Below, piece by piece: positions 1-17,160 of a stretch of 124,000 bases of DNA (position 1 is the first letter of the stretch; every line of letters starts with the position of its first letter). Made by a program: the position numbers and the translations under genes. The notes beneath the pieces were generated by a model. The model was not told the origin of the DNA and searched no databases. It worked only from the letters and a program-made list of their open reading frames with translations. The stretch is from contig NZ_JMCB01000013.1 in the NCBI RefSeq assembly GCF_000737315.1, forward strand, positions 20,001 to 144,000, written 5' to 3'. Origin of the DNA: Hyalangium minutum. GTDB taxonomy: Bacteria > Myxococcota > Myxococcia > Myxococcales > Myxococcaceae.

Positions 1-19
1 GCACCTGTGTGAGGGACGC

Positions 20-2422
<2,403 letters not shown>

Positions 2423-2426
2423 TGGC

Positions 2427-4712
2427 TCAGGCCGGGACCTGCACGCCCGCCGGGAGATAGCCCTGGCGCTCCAGCCACAGCGCAAGGCCCTCGATGCTGT
2501 CCGGCTCCGGGAGCGGCTGGCCACTGTTCGGGTCCCACTCGCGGATCCGGTCCACGTCGTCACCGGCTTGCGGGAAGTGGCGATCATCCTCATCGCCCTC
2601 CAGCTCCACCTGATGGACGCCCTCCTCGATGAGCCGGTTCAGCTGATCCTCGGACAGCGTCTCCAGGTGCGCGACGAGCTGCTCGGGAGGAATGTTCAGC
2701 GCCTTGGCCACCTCCGCCAGCGCCGGGCCCGCGGGGAAGCCGTCACCGGTGTGGTTCGACAGCTCCTCGGCGAGCTTGGGCGACAGGCCCGCACCCTTGA
2801 GGAAGTCCTCCGCGGGGCCCTCGTGCTTGTTGGCCTCCTGCACGTGCGACCACTGCTGCAGGCCGAAGCCCACCGCGACCAGCACGCCCGCGGCGATCTG
2901 CCCCGCGACCGGCACCGCGTTGGAGAGCGCAGCCGCCGTCAGGATGGCCCCGCCCACCGCGGTGGCGGTGTAGCCCGCGCCGCCCACGTAGTCGCCGTTC
3001 TGGAAAGCCTCCGCCGCGCTGATGCCATCGAGCACCGCGCCCAGGCCTCCGAGCACGCCGGAGGCCCGGCCCGCCAGCGAGGAGATGGAGGCCGCCCGCC
3101 CCGCCACGCCGAGGATCGTCTCGTAGGCGCCGATCCCCGTCTCGAGCGCGCCGCTGATGGCGCCGATCTGATCCTTCAAGTCCAGCTCGTTCCAGTTGGC
3201 CAGATCGCCCGCCGCGCCGATCACCCCAAGCACCGTGGTGAACGCGCCGAAGGCTTGCCCGGCGCGGGTGCTCGGGTCGAGGAACTCCAGCTCCTCGGAC
3301 TGCGTGCGGATCTTGTCCTGGAGCCGCTGGATCTCCGCCGGGTCCGTGGCCGAGGCCAGCGCTGTCACGTCATCCGCCAGCGTCTGCAGCCTGGTGGGAT
3401 CCGTCCCGAGCAGAGCGGCGTGGGTCTTCAGGCCATCCAGCACCGCCTGCGAGCGCTCGGGGTGCACGGCGATGTGTAGGGTGGCGGACTTGAAGAGCGT
3501 CTCCGCCACGCCCTGCTGGAAGCCCACGAGGTCGGCGAAGCCCGCGGCCTCCGTCTCGTCGCTGGCGAGGTCCTTTACCTGCTCGTCGGTGAGGTTCTGC
3601 GCCAGGCCGTTCACCTGCTCGAGGAAGGAGGGCTCACCGCGGCCCTGCGCCTCCAGGGCCTGGGCGATGGCCTCGGAGCCCGCCTGGGTGTCACCCAGCC
3701 GCGGGAACACGTTCACCAGCGCCTTGTTGGCCTCTTCCTCCACGGCCTTCCGGTTCTCCTCGGACAGGCCCGAGGCCGCGCTGCCCTCGCTGGACAGCTG
3801 CGACACCGAGCTCAGCACCTGCGAGAACTCGGCGGCCTCGCGCTCCAGCGCGGCGTAGTCCTCCTGGTGGCGCTCCTTGAAGTCATCGACCGCGGCCTGG
3901 AGCTGCTCCGGGCTGAGCACGCCGCCATAGCTCTGCACCAGGTAGCCCAGCTCTTGATTGAGCTCGTCCACCTTGGCCTGCGCCTCCTCGAACTGGCTGC
4001 GCGCGGTGGAGATGCCCTGCGTCAGCACGTCGGTGAGCTCGTTGGCCGCCTGGGACTTACCCAGCTTGCCCAGCTCGGACACCACCGCCGTGGACAGGTT
4101 CAGCCCCAGCCCCTGCTCGGCGAGATCGTGGAGCGCATCGTCGAACTGGTTCAGGTCGCTCTGCTCCGGCAGGGCCTTGGCCAGAGACTCGCCGAGCTGC
4201 TGCGTCGCCTCGGAGCCGAGGATGTCCGTGGCCTTGGCGAGCGCGGTCAGCGTCTCCTGCGTCTGGCCATCGTCGTTCTCGGAGACGCGGCGGCCGAGAT
4301 CCGTGGCGATGTGATCGATCGTCTCCCGCGAGCCCTCGTAGAGCGCGGCCAGCGCCTCGGGATCCTCTTTGAGGGCCTCGGCCTCGCGCTGCAGAGTCTC
4401 GGCGGCGACGCGGGCGCGCTCGTCCGGAGACGCGTTCTCGTAAGCCTCATGGACACGCTCCGCCGCGGCGGCTCCGGGAGTGGAAGCAGCGGCCGGAGCC
4501 GCTGTATCGGAGGTGGCTGCATACGCGCGAGGGGCGAGGGTGGGGCTGAGCTCAACGGGGGCCTTGGCGCGGGCCGACTGGAAGGTGTCGGCGCGGGAAA
4601 TGGCGGGCGTGAGCGGGGGCGGCTTCACCGGCTCCGGGCGACGGAGCTCCTTCGGTGCTACCTGCTTCTGGATCGGTGGGGAACGGCGGGGGCTCTCGGA
4701 ACGGAGGGACAT
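2427..4712 (-). CDS. Hypothetical alpha-helical protein with C-terminal Gly/Ala-rich hydrophobic helices
   Basis: ORF with GC3-type codon bias; start moved to ATG 4712 (MSLRSESP); no known family recognised. Confidence 0.7.
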   Translation of the reverse strand: MSLRSESPRRSPPIQKQVAPKELRRPEPVKPPPLTPAISRADTFQSARAKAPVELSPTLAPRAYAATSDTAAPAAASTPGAAAAERVHEAYENASPDERARVAAETLQREAEALKEDPEALAALYEGSRETIDHIATDLGRRVSENDDGQTQETLTALAKATDILGSEATQQLGESLAKALPEQSDLNQFDDALHDLAEQGLGLNLSTAVVSELGKLGKSQAANELTDVLTQGISTARSQFEEAQAKVDELNQELGYLVQSYGGVLSPEQLQAAVDDFKERHQEDYAALEREAAEFSQVLSSVSQLSSEGSAASGLSEENRKAVEEEANKALVNVFPRLGDTQAGSEAIAQALEAQGRGEPSFLEQVNGLAQNLTDEQVKDLASDETEAAGFADLVGFQQGVAETLFKSATLHIAVHPERSQAVLDGLKTHAALLGTDPTRLQTLADDVTALASATDPAEIQRLQDKIRTQSEELEFLDPSTRAGQAFGAFTTVLGVIGAAGDLANWNELDLKDQIGAISGALETGIGAYETILGVAGRAASISSLAGRASGVLGGLGAVLDGISAAEAFQNGDYVGGAGYTATAVGGAILTAAALSNAVPVAGQIAAGVLVAVGFGLQQWSHVQEANKHEGPAEDFLKGAGLSPKLAEELSNHTGDGFPAGPALAEVAKALNIPPEQLVAHLETLSEDQLNRLIEEGVHQVELEGDEDDRHFPQAGDDVDRIREWDPNSGQPLPEPDSIEGLALWLERQGYLPAGVQVPA

Positions 4713-4875
4713 AAGCTCGCTCTCGGGGGAGTGACTGCTCTCGAATTCCCAGTACGCAAGAAGGGGATATTCGGTTACAGGCACCCCAATCAGCCGAGAG
4801 GAGAGCAGATGTAGGTGAGAGGAATCCGACGAGTTTCCGAGGGCTTGGCCGTTCACCGGCGGCCTTGGCCGAATG

Positions 4876-6861
<1,986 letters not shown>

Positions 6862-6939
6862 GCGTGCCGCATCGAACCGGTCAGGTCACACCCCTGTCAA
6901 GCGCTCCTCCGGGTTCTGCTCCGAGTGAACCCTCGGCGC

Positions 6940-8394
6940 TCACGCCCCCTTGGGCGCGAGGTCCGGCGCGGCGCGCTCGCCCACGGGGATGGGGGCGGCC
7001 TCCTGGTAGTAGTCGCGCACCTGGTAGCCGCGCGCCATGAGCGCCATGCCCACGCCCGCCAGCGCCGCCAGCCCCGCGTAGAAGAAGAACTGCGCCGAGC
7101 CCGTGAAGATGTTGAGCGACGCGGCGATGGCCACCGCCACGTTGGCCAGCGTGGAGTTGAGCAGCCACAGGCTCTGCACCACGCTCTTCATCTCGCGCGG
7201 GGCCTGCGTGTAGGCGAACTCCAGGCCCGTGGTGGACACGAGGATCTCCGCCACCGTGAGTACAATGTACGGGAGGATCTGCCAGGCGATGTTGAGCTTC
7301 GTGCCGCCCTCGATGACGACCTGGTAGTAGCCGGCAACCACATACGAGAGCGCGCCGATCACCAGCCCCAGCGGCATGCGGCGCAGTGGGGTGAGCTCCC
7401 AGCCCATCTTCTGGAACGCGGGGTAGACCACGGCGGCGAGCACGGGGATGAGGATCATCACCAGCGCGGGGTTGATGAACTGCATCTGGCTGGCCTGGAA
7501 GGTGAAGTCGCCCACCTGCGGATCCATGGCCTTGGCCTGCACCACCCACGTGGAGGCCTTCTGATCGAAGAGCATCCAGAAGAAGGGGATGGTGGGCATC
7601 AGCAGCAGGTTGATGCGGAACACGGCGCGCACGCCCTCGATGGCCTCCTGGGGGTGATCCTTGCGCGCGGCCGACAGCCAGCCCTGGCCCGGTGTGCGCT
7701 CCTTGGGGTTGCGCAGCGCCGAGAGGACGACCTTGAGGAACGAGTGCGGGTTCTGTCCCGTGGGCGGGATCATCACGTAGTGATTCCGGCCAGCCCAGTA
7801 GATGACGGTGGCCACGAGCATCAGTGCGCCGGGAATTCCGAAGGCCACCGCGGGCCCGAACTTCTTGAGCGCCAGCGGGATGAAGAGCGAGGCGAAGAAC
7901 GAGCCCAGGTTGATGGACCAATAGAAGATGGCGAAGACCTTCTTCACCAGGTGCTTCTTCTCCGCGGTGAACTGGTCGCCCACCATGGCGGACACGCAGG
8001 GCTTGATGCCGCCCGAGCCCAGCGAGATGAGGAACAGGCCCGTGTAGAAGCCGTAGATGTTGTCCACGAAGAGCGCGAGGCAGAACTGGCCCACGCAGTA
8101 CAGCAGGCTCAGCCAGAAGATGACGCGGTACTTCCCGAGGAACCGGTCCGCCAGGTACCCGCCGAACAGCGGGAAGAAGTAGACCCCCGACATGAACAGG
8201 TGGAAGTGGGACTTGGCGGTGGCCTCCCGCATGGCCGGATCCGGGTTCACGTTCCTCAGCAGGTAGTCCATGAGGAACACCATGAGGATGTTCCGCATCC
8301 CGTAGAAGCTGAAGCGCTCGCAGATCTCCTGGCCGATGATGAAGGGGATCTGCGGCGGGAAGCGGTTGCTCGTCGCGGGGGTGGTCTCAGCCAT
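6940..8394 (-). CDS. POT/PTR2 family oligopeptide transporter
   Basis: QEICERFSFYG, GSGGIKPCVSAMVGDQF, FYWSINLGS. Confidence 0.92.
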   Translation of the reverse strand: MAETTPATSNRFPPQIPFIIGQEICERFSFYGMRNILMVFLMDYLLRNVNPDPAMREATAKSHFHLFMSGVYFFPLFGGYLADRFLGKYRVIFWLSLLYCVGQFCLALFVDNIYGFYTGLFLISLGSGGIKPCVSAMVGDQFTAEKKHLVKKVFAIFYWSINLGSFFASLFIPLALKKFGPAVAFGIPGALMLVATVIYWAGRNHYVMIPPTGQNPHSFLKVVLSALRNPKERTPGQGWLSAARKDHPQEAIEGVRAVFRINLLLMPTIPFFWMLFDQKASTWVVQAKAMDPQVGDFTFQASQMQFINPALVMILIPVLAAVVYPAFQKMGWELTPLRRMPLGLVIGALSYVVAGYYQVVIEGGTKLNIAWQILPYIVLTVAEILVSTTGLEFAYTQAPREMKSVVQSLWLLNSTLANVAVAIAASLNIFTGSAQFFFYAGLAALAGVGMALMARGYQVRDYYQEAAPIPVGERAAPDLAPKGA

Positions 8395-8595
8395 GCGGGG
8401 GCATCTCGGCGGAAATGTGGAGGTCCAAAGACGGGGCCCTTGTGCCTATCCCAGGGGTGAGGCTCGACACAACCCCCGGTGCCGGGAGGTTCAGCTCGGG
8501 CTGGGCGTGGCGACACTTTCGGGCTTGCTCGCTGGCGCCGGAGCCAGCGAGCGGCCCAGACAGTCCTGGTCCGGCAAGAGGGGTGGGGTCGCCCG

Positions 8596-8643
8596 AGGCC
8601 GGTACTCCCAGTGCCAGGGTTCAGAGCGCACCGTGCGTTTGAT
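8596..8643 (-). pseudogene. Relic of the 3' end of an M15-family D-Ala-D-Ala carboxypeptidase gene
   Basis: Minus strand reads IKRTVRSEPWHWEYRP (EPWH motif); in-frame stops lie shortly upstream and there is no catalytic N-terminal part. Confidence 0.5.
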
Positions 8644-8753
8644 CTCGACTCCTGTCCGAGGGGACAGGACAGGGCTCTCGCGTACTTATTCCTATTTGAC
8701 AAAGGGCAGGGGAGTACGGGCCCGGCTGGCCGCCCGGTATTAGATAGGAGGGG

Positions 8754-9179
8754 ATGGACCTCACGAGACCCACGCCGACAGAGCCTGCCGTGACCGAGGT
8801 GGGGAGTCCGCGCGCCCGGTTCTTCTACAAGGTGCTCGGCTTCGTCTTCGTGGGGCTTGGGGTGCTGGGGGCGGTCTTGCCGCTGCTGCCCACCACGCCG
8901 TTCCTGCTCGTGGCGCTATGGGCCTTCTCTCGCAGCTCGCGCCGCTTCCACCACTGGCTGTACACGCACCCGCGCTTCGGGTCTCGGCTCCAGGAGTGGC
9001 ACGAGTACGGCATCGTGCCGGTCAAGGTGAAGGTGAGCGCCATCTCCGCGATGCTCGTGAGCCTGGCGCTCATGGTCTTCGTCATGCACGCGAAGTGGTA
9101 CGTGATTGCCACTTCGGGCGTGTTCATGCTCATCGGCGCCACGTACGTGCTCAGCCGTCCGAGCCGCCCGCGCTCCTGA
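8754..9179 (+). CDS. ybaN: YbaN/DUF454 inner-membrane protein
   Basis: [20 protein letters not shown]...[16 protein letters not shown] signature; AGGAGG RBS. Confidence 0.88.
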   Translation: MDLTRPTPTEPAVTEVGSPRARFFYKVLGFVFVGLGVLGAVLPLLPTTPFLLVALWAFSRSSRRFHHWLYTHPRFGSRLQEWHEYGIVPVKVKVSAISAMLVSLALMVFVMHAKWYVIATSGVFMLIGATYVLSRPSRPRS

Positions 9180-9247
9180 GCAGGGGAGCGGTGGGGTAGA
9201 CCCAAGTCTGGCCCAGGGATTACCTTCTCAGGGTCAGGAGTCCCGCC

Positions 9248-9829
9248 ATGCGTTCCCTTGATGCGCTTGAGTCCAGCCTGATTGCTCCAAGGCGCTTCAC
9301 GCTCGAGGAGTATCACCGCCTGCTCCATGTCGGAGTGCTCGGAGAGGATGAGCACGTCGAGCTGTTGGAGGGGCTCATCGTCGATATGGCACCGCAGGGC
9401 CGACCACACGCGCTGGCGATCTCTCGATTGACGGAGTTCTTCATGGCCGCGCGCAGGCCCGACTGCCGGGTTCGTGTTCAGCTGCCGCTCTCGCTTCGTG
9501 AGGACAGCGAGCCGGAGCCTGATCTGGCGGTCGTGACCCGCGAGGAAGAGGATCGGGCGCAGGAGCATCCCCACACCGCGCTTCTCGTGGTGGAGGTAGC
9601 AGCGGAGTCGCTGCGCGCCGACCGCTTGCTGAAGGGCCGGGTCTACGCGCGCGCTGGCATCCCCGAGTACTGGGTAGCGGATGTGGAGGGCAGGGTGGTG
9701 GAGGTCTACACCGCACCGGATGCCGTCCAGAACCGTTACCTGGGGATGCGCACTGTGGGAGCGGGCGAGTCGCTGGGCTCACCCGCCCTCCCTGGACTGG
9801 CTCTTCGCGTAGGCGAGCTTTTCGCCTGA
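9248..9829 (+). CDS. Uma2 family (DUF820) PD-(D/E)XK-like endonuclease
   Basis: VELLEGLIV, EPEPDLAV, LLVVEVA, YARAGIPEYWVAD. Confidence 0.9.
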   Translation: MRSLDALESSLIAPRRFTLEEYHRLLHVGVLGEDEHVELLEGLIVDMAPQGRPHALAISRLTEFFMAARRPDCRVRVQLPLSLREDSEPEPDLAVVTREEEDRAQEHPHTALLVVEVAAESLRADRLLKGRVYARAGIPEYWVADVEGRVVEVYTAPDAVQNRYLGMRTVGAGESLGSPALPGLALRVGELFA

Positions 9830-9844
9830 GCCAGACCGCAGGTC

Positions 9845-12769
<2,925 letters not shown>

Positions 12770-12789
12770 ATTGGGCGCGTGCTCTAGCA

Positions 12790-12806
12790 CTGAAAGGGTG
12801 TTCCGT
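12790..12806. promoter_or_regulatory. Possible myxobacterial LexA (SOS) box upstream of uvrA
   Basis: CTGAAAGGGTGTTCCGT vs recalled M. xanthus consensus CTRHAMRYBYGTTCAGS (2 mismatches plus terminal S). Confidence 0.35.
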
Positions 12807-12930
12807 TAGCGCACTTTCTGAAACTTGTGGCTGGAGTGTTCGGGAACAGCCCGGATTTCAAGGTGATTTCCAGCCGTACCGGTGGCCTCTGGGGCCCCAA
12901 GGCATTCCGCGTTACGGTGCGCGCACTTTC

Positions 12931-13845
12931 ATGAAGGGCTTCGACATCCCCGAGCGCTGGCGTGGCCTGCCGCTGCTCGTCTTCGCCAGCTTCCTCTTCG
13001 CCCTGATGGCGCTCTGCGCCCGCCTGCTCGCCGGTCTGCTCTCCGTGGGGCAGGTGGTGTGCGGCCGCTTCGTCGTCGGCCTGCTCTTCCTGGCCGTCTA
13101 CTACCCGGTCATGCGGCGCAAGCCTCGCTTCGGACGGCCCACCCTCTGGGCCCTGCGCGGCATCTTCGGCGGCGCCTCCGTCTACCTCTATTTCTATTGC
13201 ATCGAGCAGCTCGCGGTGGGGCCCGCTGTCCTCCTCAACGCCTGCTGGCCCATCTTCGGCTCCATCCTCGGCTTCTTCTTCCTGGACGAGCGCGTCAGCG
13301 GAAACCTGCTGGGCGGTCTCATCGCCGCCACCGTGGGCGCGGGGCTCGTCATCTGGGGCACCGCGCTGGAGATGCCCACGCTCTCGTTCGGCGTGGGCGC
13401 GGGGGCGGGTGTCCTCTCGGCCGTCTTCAGCGGCGCGGCCGTCGTCGCCATGCGCGCGCTGCGCAACGACACGGATGCGGCCACCGTCTTCCTGTCCTTC
13501 TGCGCCTTCGGCCTGCTGTTCGGCCTGCCGTTCGCGCTGGCGGACTGGCGGCCTCTCACCTCCTATACGGTGCTGGTGCTGGTGGCGCTGGGGCTCACCT
13601 CGGCGGCGGCGCAGATGATCTTCACCTACGCCATGGGCTACGTCACCACGGCCATGGGCGGCGTGGGCTCGCAGCTCACGCCTGTTTTCTCCTGGATGCT
13701 CGGGGCCTTTCTCCTCGCCGAGCCCGCGGCGCCGCTCGCGCTGCTCGGTGCGGCGGTGTGCGTGGGCGGTGTGCTCTGGGGCACAGGCATCTTGGGCAAG
13801 CTGCTCGCTCCAGCGCCCAAGCCCTCAGGCCGGCCCAGCACGTAG
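12931..13845 (+). CDS. DMT/EamA family transporter
   Basis: Ten hydrophobic helices in two EamA repeats. Confidence 0.88.
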   Translation: MKGFDIPERWRGLPLLVFASFLFALMALCARLLAGLLSVGQVVCGRFVVGLLFLAVYYPVMRRKPRFGRPTLWALRGIFGGASVYLYFYCIEQLAVGPAVLLNACWPIFGSILGFFFLDERVSGNLLGGLIAATVGAGLVIWGTALEMPTLSFGVGAGAGVLSAVFSGAAVVAMRALRNDTDAATVFLSFCAFGLLFGLPFALADWRPLTSYTVLVLVALGLTSAAAQMIFTYAMGYVTTAMGGVGSQLTPVFSWMLGAFLLAEPAAPLALLGAAVCVGGVLWGTGILGKLLAPAPKPSGRPST

Positions 13846-13994
13846 CGCGGTAAGAATTCTTCCGTCCACCGCCGAGCATTCCTGCAAAATTTTCCGCGAC
13901 GTGGGGTCTGGGTACTTTCTTTCCACACCCGGGCCGGGTTTTTACTCACGGTATCCGGCCCGTTTGCCTCGTTGACTCCTCGTCTCCTCCGAGT

Positions 13995-14010
13995 GGGCAT
14001 CAACGTTGCA
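13995..14010 (+). promoter_or_regulatory. Candidate sigma-54 promoter
   Basis: GGGCATCAACGTTGCA: GG-N10-GC spacing with TTGCA, ~40 bp upstream of ATG 14049. Confidence 0.5.
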
Positions 14011-14048
14011 CATGCCTCTCCCGACGCAGGTTTCGGGAGGCGGCGATT

Positions 14049-17015
14049 ATGTGGGGACGTCGGTGGGTGGTCCTAACGGCGTGGGCATGCGTGGCGGCGA
14101 TGGTGGGGGGCTGTGATCGGCCCAGCTCGAACGGGCGAGGCGCGCGGGCGGCGTTCGCGGCGCGCCCCGAGCTGCTCGACTTCGGCCCTGCGGCCGTGGG
14201 CTCGACGAAGACGGTGAAGCTGAAGCTGGCCAATGGCGGCCGCGCCCCGGTGCGCATCGAAGGCGCGCTCTCCAGCGTGCCCAACGTAGAGGTTCCGCCG
14301 TTCGAGCCCTTCTCGCTGAGCGCGGGTGGGGAGACGGAGATCGAGGTCCACTTCACGCCGGAGGTGGAGGGCTCGGTCAAGGGCGTGGTGGAGATCTTCA
14401 CGGACGCGGATGCCTCTGAGAAGACGTCACAGGTGGCCTTCACGGGCTTGGGCGTGAATGCGCTGGTGGAGGTGAAGACGCCCTCGCTGGACTACGGCAA
14501 TGTGACGCTGGAGACCGTGGCCATTCGCGACCTGGTGTTGCGCAACCCCACGAGCGTGGACAGCTCGATGCGGCTGGAGCTGAGGGGGCCGGACGCCGAC
14601 CAGTTCTCCTCCACGATGACCGGCAAGGACGTGGTGCTGAAGGCGGGCCAGGACTGGACGCTGCCCGTGGGCTTCAAGCCCAACCGGCTGGGGACCGCGT
14701 CGGCGGAGGCCCGCGTGAAGGTGTGCGACACGTGTGAGCCCGTCGTCGTCCCGCTCACGGGCATGGGCGTGGCCGCCGAGCTGGAGATCTCCCCGGTGCG
14801 CCTGGACTTTGGCCGCGTGGCCGTGAACGCCACCGCCGAGCAGAGCATCATCGTGCGCAACCAGGGCAGCGCGCCCATGTCCTATACGGGCGCCAACATC
14901 GTCTCCAACGCGGGCGGCGTCTTCCGCGTGGTGAGCACGCCGCTGCCGCAGGGCAACACGCTCAAGCCGGGCGATGCCGCGGAGATCCGCGTGGCCTTCA
15001 CTCCGGCGGCGGTGGGCACCGCGCCCGAGGGCAAGGTGGAGATCCAGGTCCGCGCCTCCAACTCTTCCGCGCCCGTGCCCAAGGTGGCGCTGGCGGGCGA
15101 GGGGGGCTCTTCCTGCATCGGCGTGCAGCCCAGCCTGGTCGACTTCGGTGAAGTGGCCGAGGGCATGGCGGCCACCCGGCAGGTGCAGGTCTACAACCGG
15201 TGCCGCACCCAGGTGCTGGTGAGTGACTTGCAGATCGCCACCCAGCGCGGCGGCTACTTCTCGCTGGCCCAGGCACCGGCGAGCCTGCCCATCGATCCGG
15301 GCAAGTCCGCGCCGGTAGGCGTCACCTTCACGCCTCGGGCCGGGGCGGGGGATGGCGTGGCGCAGCTGTTCGTGACGGTGCGCCAGGGCGCCTCCACCTC
15401 CACCGAGGGCGTGGCGCTCAAGGGCTCCGGCAAGCTCTTCCCGCCGTGCCAGTACACGATGACGCCGCAGGTGCTGAACTTCGGCCGCGTGCCGGTGGGC
15501 TCGGAGGTGGCGCTCGGGGTGTCCTTGCGCAACACCGGTACTACCCCGTGCTTCCTGGCCTCCATGCAGCTTGCGGGTGGCTCGGATGCGGTCTTCAGTA
15601 CGGGGCGCGTGGAGAACACCGTGGTGCTGCCCGGCATGAAGGCTTCGCTGCTGGTGCACTTCAAGCCGGACGCGGCCGCCACCTTCGGCGGGCTGGCCGA
15701 GGCCTGGGTGAATCACCCCAGCGCGGGCCACCCCACCGTGACCGTGCAAGGCGAGGGCTCCACGGGCTGCTTCGCCGTGCAGCCCACCCACGTCGAGTTC
15801 GGCCTCGCCAAGCTCACCTGCGAGCCGCGCGCCAAGGAGCTCGTCGCCTATAACCGCTGCGCTGGCCCCGTCACCGTACAGAGCATGGTGTTGGAGCGGG
15901 ACACCGAGGAGATCTCCCTGTCCGAGTCGCCCCACTTCCCGCTCACGCTGGAGGCCAACCAGAGCTTCCGCATCCACGCCAAGTATGAGCCCACGGACGA
16001 GGGCGAGGATCTCGCGGCGCTGCGCTTCGATCTCGGCCAGGGTTCCGTCTACACCGCGAGCCTTGTCGGCCGGGGCGCCTCCAACGCCAACCAGGTGGAC
16101 TCTTTCATCCAGGAGTCCGCTGCCAAGGTGGACGTGCTCTTCGTGGTGGATAACTCGGGCTCGATGATGGAGGAGCAGCAGAGCCTGGGCGCCAACTTCG
16201 CGGCCTTCATGAGCGCGGCCACCGCTTCCGGCGTGGACTACCACATCGGTGTCACCACCACGGGCCTGGACTCTTCCTCGGGCGGCTGGTCGTCGTGCCC
16301 CGGCGGCGCCGAAGGTGGCGAGAGCGGCCGGCTCTTCCCGGTGAACGGCTCCTCGCCGCGCATCATCACCCCGCTCACGCCGAACGCCGCGGGCGTCTTC
16401 GCCACCAATACCCACGTGGGCGTGTGCCACTGGAACGAGCAGGGCCTCGAGGCTGCCTACCGCGCCCTGTCGGATCCGCTCCTGCACAGCCTGGACGATC
16501 CGCGCACCCCGCAGACCAGCGACGGCAACGGCGGCTTCATCCGCGACGAGGCGCGCCTGGCCATCATCTTCGTCACCGACGAGGAGGACTTCTCCAGCCA
16601 GCCGGTGCCCTTCTATGAGACGTACTTCAAGGCGCTGAAGAGCAATGATCCGGGCAAGCTGAGCGTCTCCGCCATCGCAGGCCCGGTGGATCTGTCCTCC
16701 TGCTCCACCGCGAGCAGCTCCGGCACCCGCTACATCCAGCTGGCCAATGCCACCGGCGGCGTGGTGGAGAGCATCTGCACCCCGAACTGGGCCGAGTCCC
16801 TCAAGAAGCTCTCGGACACCGCGTTCGGCCCGAAGCGCTCCTTCCCGCTGTCGGATGTGCCGGCGGACACGAGCCAGATTGTCGTGAGCGTCAACGGCGT
16901 CCAGATCACCTCGGGCTGGGTCTACGACGGGGCCAGCAACTCCATCGTGTTCGACCAGGGCGCCGCGCCGCCTCCGGGCGCCTACATCGAGGTGACTTAC
17001 CCCCTGGGTTGCTAG
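14049..17015 (+). CDS. Lipoprotein with tandem choice-of-anchor-D/ASH Ig-like domains and C-terminal vWA domain
   Basis: Lipobox VGGC; repeated LDFGxV...L.N.G units; MIDAS DNSGSM. Confidence 0.85.
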   Translation: MWGRRWVVLTAWACVAAMVGGCDRPSSNGRGARAAFAARPELLDFGPAAVGSTKTVKLKLANGGRAPVRIEGALSSVPNVEVPPFEPFSLSAGGETEIEVHFTPEVEGSVKGVVEIFTDADASEKTSQVAFTGLGVNALVEVKTPSLDYGNVTLETVAIRDLVLRNPTSVDSSMRLELRGPDADQFSSTMTGKDVVLKAGQDWTLPVGFKPNRLGTASAEARVKVCDTCEPVVVPLTGMGVAAELEISPVRLDFGRVAVNATAEQSIIVRNQGSAPMSYTGANIVSNAGGVFRVVSTPLPQGNTLKPGDAAEIRVAFTPAAVGTAPEGKVEIQVRASNSSAPVPKVALAGEGGSSCIGVQPSLVDFGEVAEGMAATRQVQVYNRCRTQVLVSDLQIATQRGGYFSLAQAPASLPIDPGKSAPVGVTFTPRAGAGDGVAQLFVTVRQGASTSTEGVALKGSGKLFPPCQYTMTPQVLNFGRVPVGSEVALGVSLRNTGTTPCFLASMQLAGGSDAVFSTGRVENTVVLPGMKASLLVHFKPDAAATFGGLAEAWVNHPSAGHPTVTVQGEGSTGCFAVQPTHVEFGLAKLTCEPRAKELVAYNRCAGPVTVQSMVLERDTEEISLSESPHFPLTLEANQSFRIHAKYEPTDEGEDLAALRFDLGQGSVYTASLVGRGASNANQVDSFIQESAAKVDVLFVVDNSGSMMEEQQSLGANFAAFMSAATASGVDYHIGVTTTGLDSSSGGWSSCPGGAEGGESGRLFPVNGSSPRIITPLTPNAAGVFATNTHVGVCHWNEQGLEAAYRALSDPLLHSLDDPRTPQTSDGNGGFIRDEARLAIIFVTDEEDFSSQPVPFYETYFKALKSNDPGKLSVSAIAGPVDLSSCSTASSSGTRYIQLANATGGVVESICTPNWAESLKKLSDTAFGPKRSFPLSDVPADTSQIVVSVNGVQITSGWVYDGASNSIVFDQGAAPPPGAYIEVTYPLGC

Positions 17016-17044
17016 CCCTGAGAGGGAAAACACGCAGGACCCTG

Positions 17045-17069
17045 GGGGCGTCCCGAGCGGGGCGTCCCC
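17045..17069 (+). terminator. GC-rich hairpin followed by T-rich tract
   Basis: GGGGCGTCCC-GAGC-GGGGCGTCCCC pairs with GU wobbles, followed by ATCGTTATTTT. Confidence 0.4.
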
Positions 17070-17160
17070 ATCGTTATTTTCGCTTCTCACTGTTTCTGGA
17101 CAGACAGAGGAATTCTCCCTCGACATAGGGGTTGGCGCGCGGCAGTTTGAAAGGCGGTCA

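Noticed and set aside
8478-8640. Possible 6S RNA or riboswitch
   Set aside because: No diagnostic Rfam-type motifs recognised; kept only as an unassigned hairpin and a peptidase relic.
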